A stretch of 64,000 bases of DNA from an uncultured Rivularia sp. (GTDB lineage: Bacteria > Cyanobacteriota > Cyanobacteriia > Cyanobacteriales > Nostocaceae), in contig OY762007.1 in the NCBI GenBank assembly GCA_963665115.1, positions 3,968,001 through 4,032,000 of the forward strand. The letters are read 5' to 3'. The stretch's first letter is position 1. Every line of letters starts with the position of its first letter. Both the position numbers and the translations under genes were made by a program. A model generated the notes under the pieces. That model ran no database searches, had not been told where the DNA came from, and saw only the letters and a program-made list of their open reading frames with translations. This document shows, piece after piece, positions 10,090 to 20,812 of this stretch.

Positions 10090-11948
10090 CGAGTCATTCT
10101 CCCCCTTGGAGTTACATCAAACTCTGATTTAATCCTCACACCGAGAACTGTTTCGTTAAAGTCGTCTCTTCCCTGCACGGAAAAACCCAATCGTAGGTTG
10201 TCAAGAAACTGAAAATCGTAATAAAGCTCCAATACATCGAGTTGCTTTCCTTCACGCTCATCTTCGTTGGATAAAGCGCGTCCGTAAGCTAATCCCAATC
10301 TGTCATCGGGGGTGAATAAATCTAAGAAACTAGCGCCGAAAACATATGTATCTGCACCTTCTCCTAAATCTCTATTTTCGTAACGTCCGTAGCGTCCAAA
10401 TAGACCTAGTTTCATTTTGGGAATAAAAACTTCAGCGTTCAAACCATATGCTTCCTCGCGATCGTCCTCCAAAACTCCAAACTGATTGTTTCCACGATCT
10501 ATTTGAAAACTTTGTGGAAAAGAATCGCGATTCCCGGCATCCCTAGCACTACTATAAGTACCGCGAATAATCGCATTACCGTAACGAACCCCAACTTCAC
10601 CAGCAAATCCATCCAAACTAAATTCGCTTAAAGCATCAGATGATGAAAAAACAGCAGCTTTAGCATCAATGTTGTCGGTCACGCTCCAGTTAACTAACAG
10701 TCCAGGTTTTGAACCTATTCCTGTCGATGCTAAAGCTGGATTGGTTTGAAATACCGGATTAAAAAACTGGCTGGCTCCATCTTTAGCAAAACTATTGCGA
10801 TCGAAATAAGATGTCAAATCTAACTGACCAACTGCAAATCGTAAATTAGGTAAACCCGTCAGAGATGTTGCTAGATAAAGTTCGTTGATATTCAAACCTT
10901 CCCGTCGGGAATCATCAAACGAGCTATTTTCACTGGTCAAATCCAAAGTTGCACCAAACAACACTTGAGGAGTGAGCGGATAAGTTCCGGAAAGTCTCGC
11001 TCGTGCCGAGGTATTGTCTCCTTGAGTTACATAAACACCTTCTACTCTTAAGGAAGATTCCTTTAAAGCCGCACTGCTTCTCAAGGGGTTTAACTGATTG
11101 TTTTGTGGAACTAATGGAGCCTGCGAACTTCTTGAAGGTGCCCGCATCGAAGGGGCTGGAGTTAGTGGAACAGATGGACGCATCCCTCCTTGAGAATTCA
11201 GTAGCGTATTGAAAGTAGGTGTTGAAGTTACAGAAACTGATGGTTGCTTCATCCGGTAAGCATCAAGCATCTGTTCAAACGTCGGTGCATTTGAAACAGC
11301 AACACCCGCAGGGTATTGAGATGAATTGCTAGTTCTAGAATTTAGTAATTGATTGAATGTTGGTGTATTAGCTGTATTCAACTGCTGCTGCGGTCTGGTA
11401 CCGGGGAGTGGTGGCAAAGGAGCAACGGTAGCTTGAGAATTAAAGTCAGGAGAAGTAAATTCTAAACTGCTACCGGGAGGCGCTGGCAATGGAACAGCCT
11501 GAGCGCTCAATTGCCTTGCTTCGTAAATCCCTGTTTGAGGACCACCTATAGATTGCTCTATTGTGCCTTTAGTTTTACCAGTAATCTGTTCCTGAATAAA
11601 ACTGTTCTCTAACTGCTTGATATTGTCTAAGGGTAAATACTGTTGTACTTTTTGACTGGGTAAACTAGCACCAACCTTAGAAACATTCGGTGGCGGTGGA
11701 ACTGCTTTTAATTTAAGTTTTGTTCTCCCGCTCGGTATTGACGATTGCGGTACTTGCAGCAAGTTTAGCGAACGCGAAGTTTGATTTGCTTGTTGCTGCG
11801 GAGATATTGTTTGAGCTTGCGAACTACTACTTACACTCAAAGTTGATAAAAGTGAGATAGAAACAGCACAAAACAGGGCACAAGGTTTGTGTTTATGGAA
11901 TTCTTCGATCAAAATATATTTTTCACGCTTAAGTATTTTAGACTTCAT
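10086..11948 (-). CDS. Outer-membrane porin-like protein (carbohydrate porin-like barrel) with long Pro/Ser/Gln-rich N-terminal region
   Basis: Signal peptide ending SQAQ; C-terminal ~320 aa of amphipathic strands (INELYL, LRFAVGQLD, YFDRNSFA, LGLFGRYG, LGLAYG, LELYYDF). Start set at ATG 11948 behind GGGGT; 12020 is an alternative. Confidence 0.75.
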   Translation of the reverse strand: MKSKILKREKYILIEEFHKHKPCALFCAVSISLLSTLSVSSSSQAQTISPQQQANQTSRSLNLLQVPQSSIPSGRTKLKLKAVPPPPNVSKVGASLPSQKVQQYLPLDNIKQLENSFIQEQITGKTKGTIEQSIGGPQTGIYEARQLSAQAVPLPAPPGSSLEFTSPDFNSQATVAPLPPLPGTRPQQQLNTANTPTFNQLLNSRTSNSSQYPAGVAVSNAPTFEQMLDAYRMKQPSVSVTSTPTFNTLLNSQGGMRPSVPLTPAPSMRAPSRSSQAPLVPQNNQLNPLRSSAALKESSLRVEGVYVTQGDNTSARARLSGTYPLTPQVLFGATLDLTSENSSFDDSRREGLNINELYLATSLTGLPNLRFAVGQLDLTSYFDRNSFAKDGASQFFNPVFQTNPALASTGIGSKPGLLVNWSVTDNIDAKAAVFSSSDALSEFSLDGFAGEVGVRYGNAIIRGTYSSARDAGNRDSFPQSFQIDRGNNQFGVLEDDREEAYGLNAEVFIPKMKLGLFGRYGRYENRDLGEGADTYVFGASFLDLFTPDDRLGLAYGRALSNEDEREGKQLDVLELYYDFQFLDNLRLGFSVQGRDDFNETVLGVRIKSEFDVTPRGRMTR

Positions 11949-12162
11949 TACCCCAGTTAATGTATAAGTAAATTTTTCAACATATAATGTCGCCACTTTA
12001 ACAAAAAAAAACCATATCATCGACGGGATAATACGTATTTTGTCAAGCCAGTAAAATCACAATAAGAATTCGTAAAGGTACTCAATTTGTAGATAATTTT
12101 GGGCAAAATAGATAAAAATGCAGTGATTACGGATTTAATCCGCTTTTATTAACACCAATTTT

Positions 12163-12948
12163 ATGAAACAGCAACATTTTAGATTTTTTACCAACTTTAG
12201 AACCAGAATACCTATAGCAGCACGTACCGTTATAGCTGCTAGCGTGCTTTTATTCTTAAGCTCTGGCTGTGTAAATAGATCGCAAAATAAAGTACAGCTA
12301 GAAATACAGGGTATACAGCGAGAAGATAGCAAAGGTTTATACAAAGTTGCAGGCACTACAAATTTACCCGAATCGAGCCGTATTGCCGTTACAGCAGTTC
12401 GCTATTTGCGATCGGCCAAAGTGAATGGAGAAGAAATAGTCGGCGATAATAATAGAAATATAAACCGTTCAATTCTGGCTCGACAAATCGTAGAAGTCAA
12501 ACAGGGAAAATGGGAAGCAGACTTAAATCTTTGGCAAGTAGCACCTAATGGTAATTTTGAAGAAGTATGGCAGTTAAATAAAGACTACACAAAATTAACC
12601 CCTGAAAGTGAAGTCAGCTTTATCGCCACTTTCAATCCTGTAGGTCAATTACCAGCTTCAGATAGAGACAATTCCCAGGAAGTAACTCAGCAATACCAAC
12701 AACTTGAAGGAAAATCGCTTCGGTTTACGAATGAAGGTGAAAAATACGTACAGGCAAGCCAGTATCGCTCTATCTCATTACCTGTAGGTAAAACATCAGC
12801 ACCTCGACAATCAGAAAATTTTAATGATGGCTGGGGAAATCGATATCAACTCAAAGCTCAATCGCATTCTGCTACGGCGACTTTACCTCCCCTAGCTAAA
12901 TCCCAGCAGACTAATTCTCCTCCGTTAAGCTCGGAGTTTTTACGATAA
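12163..12948 (+). CDS. Hypothetical lipoprotein
   Basis: 261 aa ORF with lipobox FLSSG-C followed by a beta-rich domain; divergent from the porin-bcs operon. Confidence 0.8.
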   Translation: MKQQHFRFFTNFRTRIPIAARTVIAASVLLFLSSGCVNRSQNKVQLEIQGIQREDSKGLYKVAGTTNLPESSRIAVTAVRYLRSAKVNGEEIVGDNNRNINRSILARQIVEVKQGKWEADLNLWQVAPNGNFEEVWQLNKDYTKLTPESEVSFIATFNPVGQLPASDRDNSQEVTQQYQQLEGKSLRFTNEGEKYVQASQYRSISLPVGKTSAPRQSENFNDGWGNRYQLKAQSHSATATLPPLAKSQQTNSPPLSSEFLR

Positions 12949-12957
12949 TTAATTACA

Positions 12958-12980
12958 AAGCCCGCTATAGTAGCGGGCTT
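12958..12980. terminator. Hairpin terminator between convergent genes
   Basis: AAGCCCGCTA-TAG-TAGCGGGCTT 10-bp stem, 10 nt after the stop at 12948. Confidence 0.75.
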
Positions 12981-13190
12981 AATTATTTGTAGGCAAAGAG
13001 GATAATAAAGGCTTGTAGTAAGAGTTTTAACTCTTTCTGATATTGAGGATTAGAATGCGAGGGTGTGTGAGAGGCAATGCACCATCCCATCTAATAACAA
13101 TATCAAAAGTAGCAGTAATTTATTAACTACTGCTACAAAAACATATTTGATGATTCTAAGATTTACAAACTTCCCACAACACTTAAGTTT

Positions 13191-13985
13191 TTAACCAAAC
13201 TGCACGTGTTGGGGGTTATAACTATCGTAATGAATACTAATCGTTTCGGAATCTTGGGTTTGAGCGGTATTTGCAGGTTGAGACGTTGATGGTAAATTGT
13301 TTTGCATTGCCTGCATTTGCAACATCATATCTCTGAGTTGTGCTTGTAATTGTTCAAACTCTGCTGCTGTTATGCTGGTTTGATTTGCTTGAGATACATT
13401 GGCAATTTCTTGCTTGATATCGTTTTTTGATTGAGTATATCCGAGAAAGTTTTGAGCGGAAGCAAATGCCGAGGCAGCATTAGCTGAAGTTGTATCCTGA
13501 CTTTTGACTTGAGCTTGCTGTGGTGAAATTTGTGCCTCAACTGGTTGAGATACGCTTAAGCGGTTTAAAGTCGGATAACCCTTGCTTGCTGGAGATGATG
13601 CTTGTTCCTCCAAAAAACTATTTAGCCCAGAAACTTGCAGTCGAGTTTCTGACAGTTTAAATTCCTTGAGTAATTCCTCTTTTTGCTGTAATTGCAGTTC
13701 TAATTCCGATACTTGTTGTTGAATATCAGTGGATTTACGAGACGAATTGCGCCATCCACTAATAGCTATAGCAGAAATTCCGGCTCCTAAACTGAGTCCA
13801 GTGGCAACTACTACGTAAGGTAAAGCAACATCTCTGAGCTTGCCAAAGAAAAGTGTTTCTTCTTGGAAGTTAATATTAATTTGTTTATCACCTATTACAG
13901 CCAGCGGTACTGTCATGGCTGAAAAAACAGCCGCAGAAGCTAGAACTGGAGGCAAAATAAATTTGGCTAATGCAGATAGAGACAT
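13191..13985 (-). CDS. Hypothetical membrane protein (two TM segments plus coiled coils)
   Basis: 264 aa; two N-terminal hydrophobic segments, then Gln/Glu-rich heptads. Confidence 0.8.
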   Translation of the reverse strand: MSLSALAKFILPPVLASAAVFSAMTVPLAVIGDKQININFQEETLFFGKLRDVALPYVVVATGLSLGAGISAIAISGWRNSSRKSTDIQQQVSELELQLQQKEELLKEFKLSETRLQVSGLNSFLEEQASSPASKGYPTLNRLSVSQPVEAQISPQQAQVKSQDTTSANAASAFASAQNFLGYTQSKNDIKQEIANVSQANQTSITAAEFEQLQAQLRDMMLQMQAMQNNLPSTSQPANTAQTQDSETISIHYDSYNPQHVQFG

Positions 13986-14446
13986 ATTAAAAAGTTTAGT
14001 TATTCAAGTAAACGGTAGATGCTTCAATTACTACATTTATAACGAATGCTTTACAGCAATTAAAGTAGTAATCATTTTTTCTTCTGTGTTTCCAATCTAT
14101 TCGCTAAACACTTAGACCACAAGGCTTTAAACATAAAGAAATCGGTTTATTTAGTAAATTTTCTATAAACTCGTTTTCTTTCTTTTTTCTAAACAACCAC
14201 CTTTAAGCTTATTAAGCTTATGTTTGAACGTTTCTGGAACAAGCTGACTAGAAAATCATCTCATACTTAAGTAGCAAGTTATATTTGCCGATTCTCCATC
14301 TAAAGTGTTAATTTGTTTGTTTTATTAATCGTTTTTCTTACATAATATTTATATTTTTATGCTATAAAGATGCAAAATCATATGTAATTAAACTAGTTAA
14401 GTATCAAAGCCATACAACAATAAAATAAAACTAGACATGAGTAATT

Positions 14447-16207
14447 ATGCATATTTATCACATCTTTTTATTCTTATTTAATATCTTTAAAAAGTCTTTG
14501 ATTAATTTACTTGGGGTGTTTGCTCCTAGATGTTTCGATCCAAGTAAAAAATACCTGAATAAAAATCAACAAATTAAACCGTACAAAAATATATTGATAT
14601 TCACCATCTCCTTGATGGTTTGCTTGAATGGTAATTTTACAAACACGTCACTTTTTAACCAAGTGAACCTTGCTAGAGCAACAACCACCATGCAGTTACC
14701 ACTTTCAACCCGTGGAGCGAATATCGTTGATGCCAAAGGGAATACAGTACTACTCCAAGGTGTCAACTGGTTTGGTATGGAAACCGAAACTCACGCTCCC
14801 CACGGTTTGTGGAAGCGGGATTATAAAGATATGCTGCTGCAAATCAAGAATCTTGGCTACAATTTGATTCGCTTGCCATACTCTGTGGAAGCACTGCGAT
14901 CGCCTGAAGTTAGTGGGATTGATTTCAGCATTGGTAGCAATCGAGAACTTGAAAATAAAACTTCTATAGAAATAATGGACGCAATCGTTGAGGAAGCACA
15001 ACGTCAAGGCTTATTGATTTTGCTGGACTCCCATCGTCTCAACGATAAACGAATTCCCGAATTGTGGTACGGAGATGGTTATTCGGAAGCTGATTGGATT
15101 AATACCTGGTTGCAGCTAGCTCAAAGATATAAAAATCAAACTAACGTAATTGGTGCAGATTTAAAAAACGAACCCCATGGTAAAGCTAGCTGGGGTACTG
15201 ACGATTTAGCTACAGATTGGCGATTGGCAGCCGAACGTGCGGGTAATGCCATCGGGAATATTAATCCTGATTGGTTAATTGTTGTGGAAGGGGTGGAAAA
15301 TAATGTTCCGGGACAAAAGTTAGCTAACCATTGGCAAGGAGGTAATTTAGAAGGTGTGTTGCACTATCCGGTACGTCTATCGCAAAGAAATAAGTTAGTT
15401 TATTCTCCCCATGAGTATGGCCCAGGGGTGTACGATCAACCTTATTTTTCTGACAAGAACTTTCCCCAAAATCTTCTGCATCGCTGGCAAATCGGCTTTC
15501 ACTACATTTCTAGTCAAAACCGCGCTCCTATTTTTGTAGGGGAATTTGGCGGACGTTTGACTCATAGCAAGATAGAAGCGATTTGGCTACAGAAGTTTGT
15601 TAAATACATTAAGGAGAAAAATCTCAGTTTTGCTGTTTGGAGTTGGAATCCTAACAGTGAGGATACAGGAGGGATTCTTTTGGATGATTGGAAAAATGTG
15701 GATTTACCAAAACAACAATTAATTTCTCAACTACTTCCGGTTAAATTTACCCAGCAGCTTCCTACACCAATTAAAGAACCATTAGAACCACAAAAGCCAA
15801 AAAAAGCAGAAAGACAAATTCAGTCAGCTACTTCTATATCAAGCGAAGCAAAATTAATTGTTAAGACTGAAATTTATTCAGATTGGCAAACGGGATTTTG
15901 TACCAGTTTTAAAATTAAAAATCATAGCAACGAAGCAGTTCAAAATTGGCAACTTCAATTTAATATGAACCAAGCTAAAATTAAAAACTCTTGGAATGCC
16001 GATTTTAAACAAAGTATTGGTCAATACACCGTTACTCCTTATGATTGGGGGCAAACTATACAGCCCAACCAAGTCCGGGATGTAGGATTTTGTAGTGAAA
16101 AGCTTGGTTCTGATTATTCTCCTCAACAAATTAAATTGCAAGTTATGGAGAACGAGAAGCAGGAAACGGGAACAAGCCTGCCTTCTTCAAGTGGTTTGTC
16201 CTATTAG
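14447..16207 (+). CDS. GH5 endoglucanase with C-terminal CBM2
   Basis: GVNWFGME, IRLPY, DSH, DLKNEP (acid/base), YSPHEYGP, VGEFGG (nucleophile), WSWNPNS; Pro/Lys linker; CBM2-like DWQTGF..NW..SWNA. True start may be downstream. Confidence 0.92.
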   Translation: MHIYHIFLFLFNIFKKSLINLLGVFAPRCFDPSKKYLNKNQQIKPYKNILIFTISLMVCLNGNFTNTSLFNQVNLARATTTMQLPLSTRGANIVDAKGNTVLLQGVNWFGMETETHAPHGLWKRDYKDMLLQIKNLGYNLIRLPYSVEALRSPEVSGIDFSIGSNRELENKTSIEIMDAIVEEAQRQGLLILLDSHRLNDKRIPELWYGDGYSEADWINTWLQLAQRYKNQTNVIGADLKNEPHGKASWGTDDLATDWRLAAERAGNAIGNINPDWLIVVEGVENNVPGQKLANHWQGGNLEGVLHYPVRLSQRNKLVYSPHEYGPGVYDQPYFSDKNFPQNLLHRWQIGFHYISSQNRAPIFVGEFGGRLTHSKIEAIWLQKFVKYIKEKNLSFAVWSWNPNSEDTGGILLDDWKNVDLPKQQLISQLLPVKFTQQLPTPIKEPLEPQKPKKAERQIQSATSISSEAKLIVKTEIYSDWQTGFCTSFKIKNHSNEAVQNWQLQFNMNQAKIKNSWNADFKQSIGQYTVTPYDWGQTIQPNQVRDVGFCSEKLGSDYSPQQIKLQVMENEKQETGTSLPSSSGLSY

Positions 16208-16219
16208 TTTTAGCTGGTT

Positions 16220-16371
16220 GTAGAGACGTAAAATTTTACGTCTCCCGACAGTTGCAGAAAAAATCAACCAGTCGAAATTAATGAAAAGGATCGATAGTGG
16301 TCTTTTTCTTTAGTTCTGGATGGTTCGTTTTCTCTCAAACGTAGGGAGAACGTTATATATAACGTCTCTAC
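16220..16371. repeat. Inverted pair of GTAG-tagged palindromes (family A, GAGACGT-N-ACGTCTC)
   Basis: GTAGAGACGTAAAATTTTACGTCTCC at 16220 and GAGAACGTTATATATAACGTCTCTAC ending 16371. Confidence 0.7.
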
Positions 16372-16439
16372 AACCCAATCGCTATTTAGCAGCAGGCAGC
16401 TATTTCCCATTCCCCGTTTCCCCAACCCTCTTAACTAAA

Positions 16440-16470
16440 CAAAAAAAATCCCAGATATTACCTGGGATTG
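16440..16470 (-). terminator. Rho-independent terminator of rpoC2
   Basis: Minus strand AATCCCAG-GTAATAT-CTGGGATT followed by a T run, ~30 nt after the stop. Confidence 0.85.
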
Positions 16471-16499
16471 TTCAAAATCAAAATGTTATTAGCCCAAAC

Positions 16500-19400
16500 C
16501 TATCCTTCATCACCTGAGAAGTTGGTATCTGGTGAGAAATTGGTGTCAAGCCCAAATTCTTTCAAGTCTTCTAAAACACTATCGTTGTCGTCTGCATTTG
16601 AATCATTATTATCTTGGATTGGGGTTAAATCCTTAATAGCTTCGTTATCAGCAATTAATTCTGATGGTTCATCCAATATTGATGGCGAAGAATTTCTATT
16701 GCCAAAATCTGGAGTCATGGTTGGAGAATCCAAATTATAAGTACGAGCTGTACGGTCATCTAAAACCATATCCAAGGGGTCGTCAACTTCATCTAGTACG
16801 CTGTTGCTCATGTCGGCAGCATAGTCATCAACTATACCCATCTCTTCAAAAGCATTGAATCCCGTACCCGCAGGAATTAATCGTCCGATAATTACGTTTT
16901 CTTTCAAACCACGCAACCAGTCGGACTTACCTTCAATCGCTGCTTCGGTTAAGACACGAGTTGTTTCTTGGAAGGATGCGGCAGAGATAAAGCTATCAGT
17001 ATTCAATGATGCTTTGGTAATCCCTAACAATACTGGAGTATATTGCGCTTTAGCACCACCAGTAATTGACATTGCTTCATTTACTTGCTCAACTTGACGC
17101 AATTCAATCAATTCCCCAGGAAGCATTGTAGTATCGCCGCCATCTTCGATCCGTACTTTAGATGTCATCTGACGCACAATTACTTCAATGTGTTTGTCAG
17201 AAATCTCAATACCTTGAGATTGATATACCGACTGCACTTCATTCACCAAGAAGCTCTGCACTTTTTGCAAGGCATGGCTGGCACAAGCATAAACTCCTTC
17301 GTCGGAACCTTGGTTAAAGAATACTTCCAAGATTTCATGGGGATTGGATGGTCCATCTGTAAGGGGTTGTCCGGTTTCTACGGTTTGTCCTTCCGAAACT
17401 ACCATATTTTGTCCGGGACCAAGAGCGTAGTCGGTGACTACACCTCCAGCTTCTAGAATCTTCAGTGCGATCGCCTCGTCACCATCGCCGTAAACTGGTT
17501 TAACTTCCCCGGTTCTACGAGCTAATATACAGCCTTCTTTTGGTTTGCGAGCTTCTAGTAGTTCTTCAATTCTAGGTAAACCTTGGATGATATCCCCGGT
17601 TTTAGCGCGTTCAAATACCAACAGTACTAAGTTATCGCCGCGCTGTACCAAATCGGTATCGTCAACTTGCAGTATGGCACCGGGGCTGACTCGATAGGGG
17701 CGACCCATTCTCAAGGTAATATAATGACTTGAAGATTCACTGCTTGGTACTATAGCAACATCCCCTTCACTACTACCTGCTCCCTGCTGCCTACTCCCAA
17801 CCTTAACTACTTGTCCGGATTGTTCTGCGAATATTCCAGGAGCAATTTCCGCACCTTCTACTAGCAAGTCACCAGCTTTACAGATAGGAGCTTCATTAAC
17901 GTCAATGGTAAAGGTATCGGCAGTTCGTAATATCAAGCAGCGACGAGGTGCATCAGTGCCTACCTTTACCCCTTGAATACGACCTCCTTCTTTACACAAG
18001 ATTTGGGTACGAGCTACTACAGAACCAGGTTCTATGGTTTGCCCATCTACTACTTCCAAGTTAGTACTCGTACTACCTTGAGTCGCATCAGCGGCAATAT
18101 CGCGACGAATCACCAAAGATTCTAAAATTACCAACTGCAAGCGCTGAATTTCTGGATCGTTCTCATCCGCAACAAGCTCGATATCGGCTGCAAGAGGAGA
18201 GGTGCTATGTTCTTCCCCTTCTTGCCCAATTTCCAACACTAATTGAGTTCGCAGCAGTTCAACACCTTCTACAGACTTGATACGCTCGGAGTCTTTATAG
18301 GATATTTTTTGTACTGCTTTTAATTGAATAGAACGCCCATTTTCGTCAGTACCTGAAGTAGTGGATGGTACGTCAGGATTAGTTGGTATGGGAAACTCAA
18401 CTACGGGACGGCTCAATACTGCTGGACCTTCTGGTGTCTCTACATATTCGATATAGCGTAGTTCTGTAAAGGTAGTACCTAGAAGTTCTTCACCAGCTTG
18501 CACAAAAGTACCGTCTTTGCTCATCACTGCTTCTGGATCGTCAACCATCAGCAGTTCGCCCGGTTTGATTACCACTTCTCGCAAAATGTCGTTTTTCTGG
18601 GTGACTTCTACAACCCCGGTACTCTGGCTGTAGATATCTTTGACGACTTCATCGCCTACATTTACCAATTGTCCGTCTTCGACAATTAACAAGGAAATGT
18701 CTTTGTTAACTTCATGAGTTTCTTCGGGTATCCACAGTAAGGTACCACCCTGGACAACTTCATAACCTTGTTTTGCCTTACCCTTCTTCTGCACCTCTAC
18801 CCCAGAGAATTTCAACAATCCTCCAGTTTCAGTACGATAGCGATCGTCAATTAATTCTGCTACTACTTGGGAGTTTTGCACTTTTGTGCCGGGAGTTGCT
18901 CTCAAGTTGAATACTTGATTGTTTGCAGCAGTAATTAAATAGTTGTTGCGGCCCTGAGAACTCTGCACCGTCACCGCAGCTCGATCCAAAACTATCGAAG
19001 CAGTCATAATCTCAATTTCCCGAGTGCTTTTACCGGGAGTTGCTTCGGGTAAACGTACACCACCACCATGCTGAGAAGTCAACTGGGTTTCGGCAATTAC
19101 GCCATTGCTTTCGATACTGTCCCCGTTTTCAACTACTAATTCTGCTCCAGGAGGTAAATTGTATACCTCTCCCGACAAAATCCAAATCAAACCACCCCTT
19201 ACCGCTGTAGTGGTGGTGTTGCCTTGACGGTCAGTTTTTTGTTCTGCAACGACATCGGCAAATCTGACTTGTCCCGCAATATCAGAAGCTACATCCTTTA
19301 CAGCTTTCTCAGTATTAATTCTGGTTGTTCTCGCACCCAAAGCAACCTCAGCCAACAATTGACCCTGCTTAATTTTGGAGCCGTTGGCTACGTATAAAGT

Positions 19401-20633
19401 TGAACCTTTGGTGACGCTAATTTCCATCGCCGCAGATTTTTGACTGCCTTGGGGTTCCAAAGTCATTATGCCGTTGGCTTCGACAAACAAAGCATCTTCA
19501 CCGTGACGAGTACGGTAAGATCTGGTGCGGAATTTACCCTTGAAACGAACCGTACCATCGGCTTTAGCTCGTACCTGTTGCGCGACTTCCCCGGTAAATA
19601 CACCCCCGGTGTGGAAGGTACGCATGGTCAACTGAGTTCCGGGTTCGCCAATACTTTGAGCAGCAATAATACCTACAGCTTCACCCAAATCTACCATTTT
19701 GGCGTGTGCCAAACTCCAGCCATAGCAATGCTGACAGACACTACGTGCGGCTTCGCAAGTTAGCGGAGAACGAACTTCTACTTTTGTAATACCAACCGCT
19801 TCAATTTCGTCTGCGAGTTCTTCGGTAATCGCAGTATTGCGAGTTGCGAGTATTTCACCAGTTTCCGGATGCACTACATCTTCGTTAACAGCCCTTCCCA
19901 AAAGACGATTAGAGATCGGAATTAAAGTTTTATTTCCCTCCATCATCGCCACAACTGGAATACCACGGGATGTTCCACAGTCGGTTTCGCGGATAATCAC
20001 ATCCTGGGACACATCCACCAAACGTCTGGTCAAATAACCACTATCAGCCGTTCGCAGTGCTGTATCTACCAATCCTTTACGCGCACCATAAGAGGAAATA
20101 ATATATTCGGTAACGGTAAGTCCTTCGCGGAAATTAGTTTTAATTGGTAAGTCAATGATTTCCCCTTGCGGATCTGCCATTAGTCCCCGCATTCCCACCA
20201 ACTGACGTACCTGGGAAATATTACCCCTAGCACCGCTAAACGCCATCATGTAAACCGAGTTCAGGGGATTATTACTCTTAAAGTGACTTACCACTTCATC
20301 TTTAAGAGCTTCAGAAGTACCGTTCCAAGTATCAATTACCTTCTGAAAGCGTTCTACCTCAGTAATCTCCCCACGTTGGTAACGTTTCTCAGTAGCACGA
20401 ATTTCTTCTTCAGCAGCTTCAAGTAGCGAACGCTTAGAAGGTGGAACCATTAGGTCATCAACACTAATAGAAACTCCAGCCTTTGTAGCGTAACGGAAAC
20501 CCAAATCTTTTAACTTATCGGCCATCACCGCCGTCCGTGCGGTACCGTAATTTGTGAAACCCCACGCAATCAACTTTCTTAGTTGTTTTTTATCAACTAC
20601 GCGGTTGCGGAAAATCATGTTTTCGTCAGTCAT
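16500..20633 (-). CDS. rpoC2: RNA polymerase beta' subunit, C-terminal part (cyanobacterial RpoC2)
   Basis: [60 protein letters not shown]. Start set at ATG 20633; the 29 extra codons in the ORF track are repeat-derived. Confidence 0.98.
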   Translation of the reverse strand: MTDENMIFRNRVVDKKQLRKLIAWGFTNYGTARTAVMADKLKDLGFRYATKAGVSISVDDLMVPPSKRSLLEAAEEEIRATEKRYQRGEITEVERFQKVIDTWNGTSEALKDEVVSHFKSNNPLNSVYMMAFSGARGNISQVRQLVGMRGLMADPQGEIIDLPIKTNFREGLTVTEYIISSYGARKGLVDTALRTADSGYLTRRLVDVSQDVIIRETDCGTSRGIPVVAMMEGNKTLIPISNRLLGRAVNEDVVHPETGEILATRNTAITEELADEIEAVGITKVEVRSPLTCEAARSVCQHCYGWSLAHAKMVDLGEAVGIIAAQSIGEPGTQLTMRTFHTGGVFTGEVAQQVRAKADGTVRFKGKFRTRSYRTRHGEDALFVEANGIMTLEPQGSQKSAAMEISVTKGSTLYVANGSKIKQGQLLAEVALGARTTRINTEKAVKDVASDIAGQVRFADVVAEQKTDRQGNTTTTAVRGGLIWILSGEVYNLPPGAELVVENGDSIESNGVIAETQLTSQHGGGVRLPEATPGKSTREIEIMTASIVLDRAAVTVQSSQGRNNYLITAANNQVFNLRATPGTKVQNSQVVAELIDDRYRTETGGLLKFSGVEVQKKGKAKQGYEVVQGGTLLWIPEETHEVNKDISLLIVEDGQLVNVGDEVVKDIYSQSTGVVEVTQKNDILREVVIKPGELLMVDDPEAVMSKDGTFVQAGEELLGTTFTELRYIEYVETPEGPAVLSRPVVEFPIPTNPDVPSTTSGTDENGRSIQLKAVQKISYKDSERIKSVEGVELLRTQLVLEIGQEGEEHSTSPLAADIELVADENDPEIQRLQLVILESLVIRRDIAADATQGSTSTNLEVVDGQTIEPGSVVARTQILCKEGGRIQGVKVGTDAPRRCLILRTADTFTIDVNEAPICKAGDLLVEGAEIAPGIFAEQSGQVVKVGSRQQGAGSSEGDVAIVPSSESSSHYITLRMGRPYRVSPGAILQVDDTDLVQRGDNLVLLVFERAKTGDIIQGLPRIEELLEARKPKEGCILARRTGEVKPVYGDGDEAIALKILEAGGVVTDYALGPGQNMVVSEGQTVETGQPLTDGPSNPHEILEVFFNQGSDEGVYACASHALQKVQSFLVNEVQSVYQSQGIEISDKHIEVIVRQMTSKVRIEDGGDTTMLPGELIELRQVEQVNEAMSITGGAKAQYTPVLLGITKASLNTDSFISAASFQETTRVLTEAAIEGKSDWLRGLKENVIIGRLIPAGTGFNAFEEMGIVDDYAADMSNSVLDEVDDPLDMVLDDRTARTYNLDSPTMTPDFGNRNSSPSILDEPSELIADNEAIKDLTPIQDNNDSNADDNDSVLEDLKEFGLDTNFSPDTNFSGDEG

Positions 20634-20656
20634 TTCAATTTTAGATTTTAGATTTT

Positions 20657-20750
20657 GCGGAAAGTTGATGGGTTCGGTTCCCGGAACCACTTGCGTGCGG
20701 AGCTTACCTCCGTTGAGCAAAGTGGCGTTCCCATCAAACTTTCTAAGACA
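20657..20750. mobile_element. Small dispersed hairpin element, copy 2, with nested element
   Basis: GCGGAAAGTTGATGGG...CCCATCAAACTTTCTAAGACA in TTTTAGA repeats; internal CCACTT..CGGAG..CTCCG..AAGTGG stems. Confidence 0.7.
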
Positions 20751-20812
20751 GATTTTAGATTTTGGGTAATAGGTAATGGGTTGAAAATTTTACTTTCCGT
20801 CCTCCCAATTCC

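Noticed and set aside
20634..20720. 29-aa N-terminal extension of RpoC2 in the ORF track
   Set aside because: It reads through a hairpin element and heptamer repeats; conserved sequence starts at [10 protein letters not shown] (ATG 20633).
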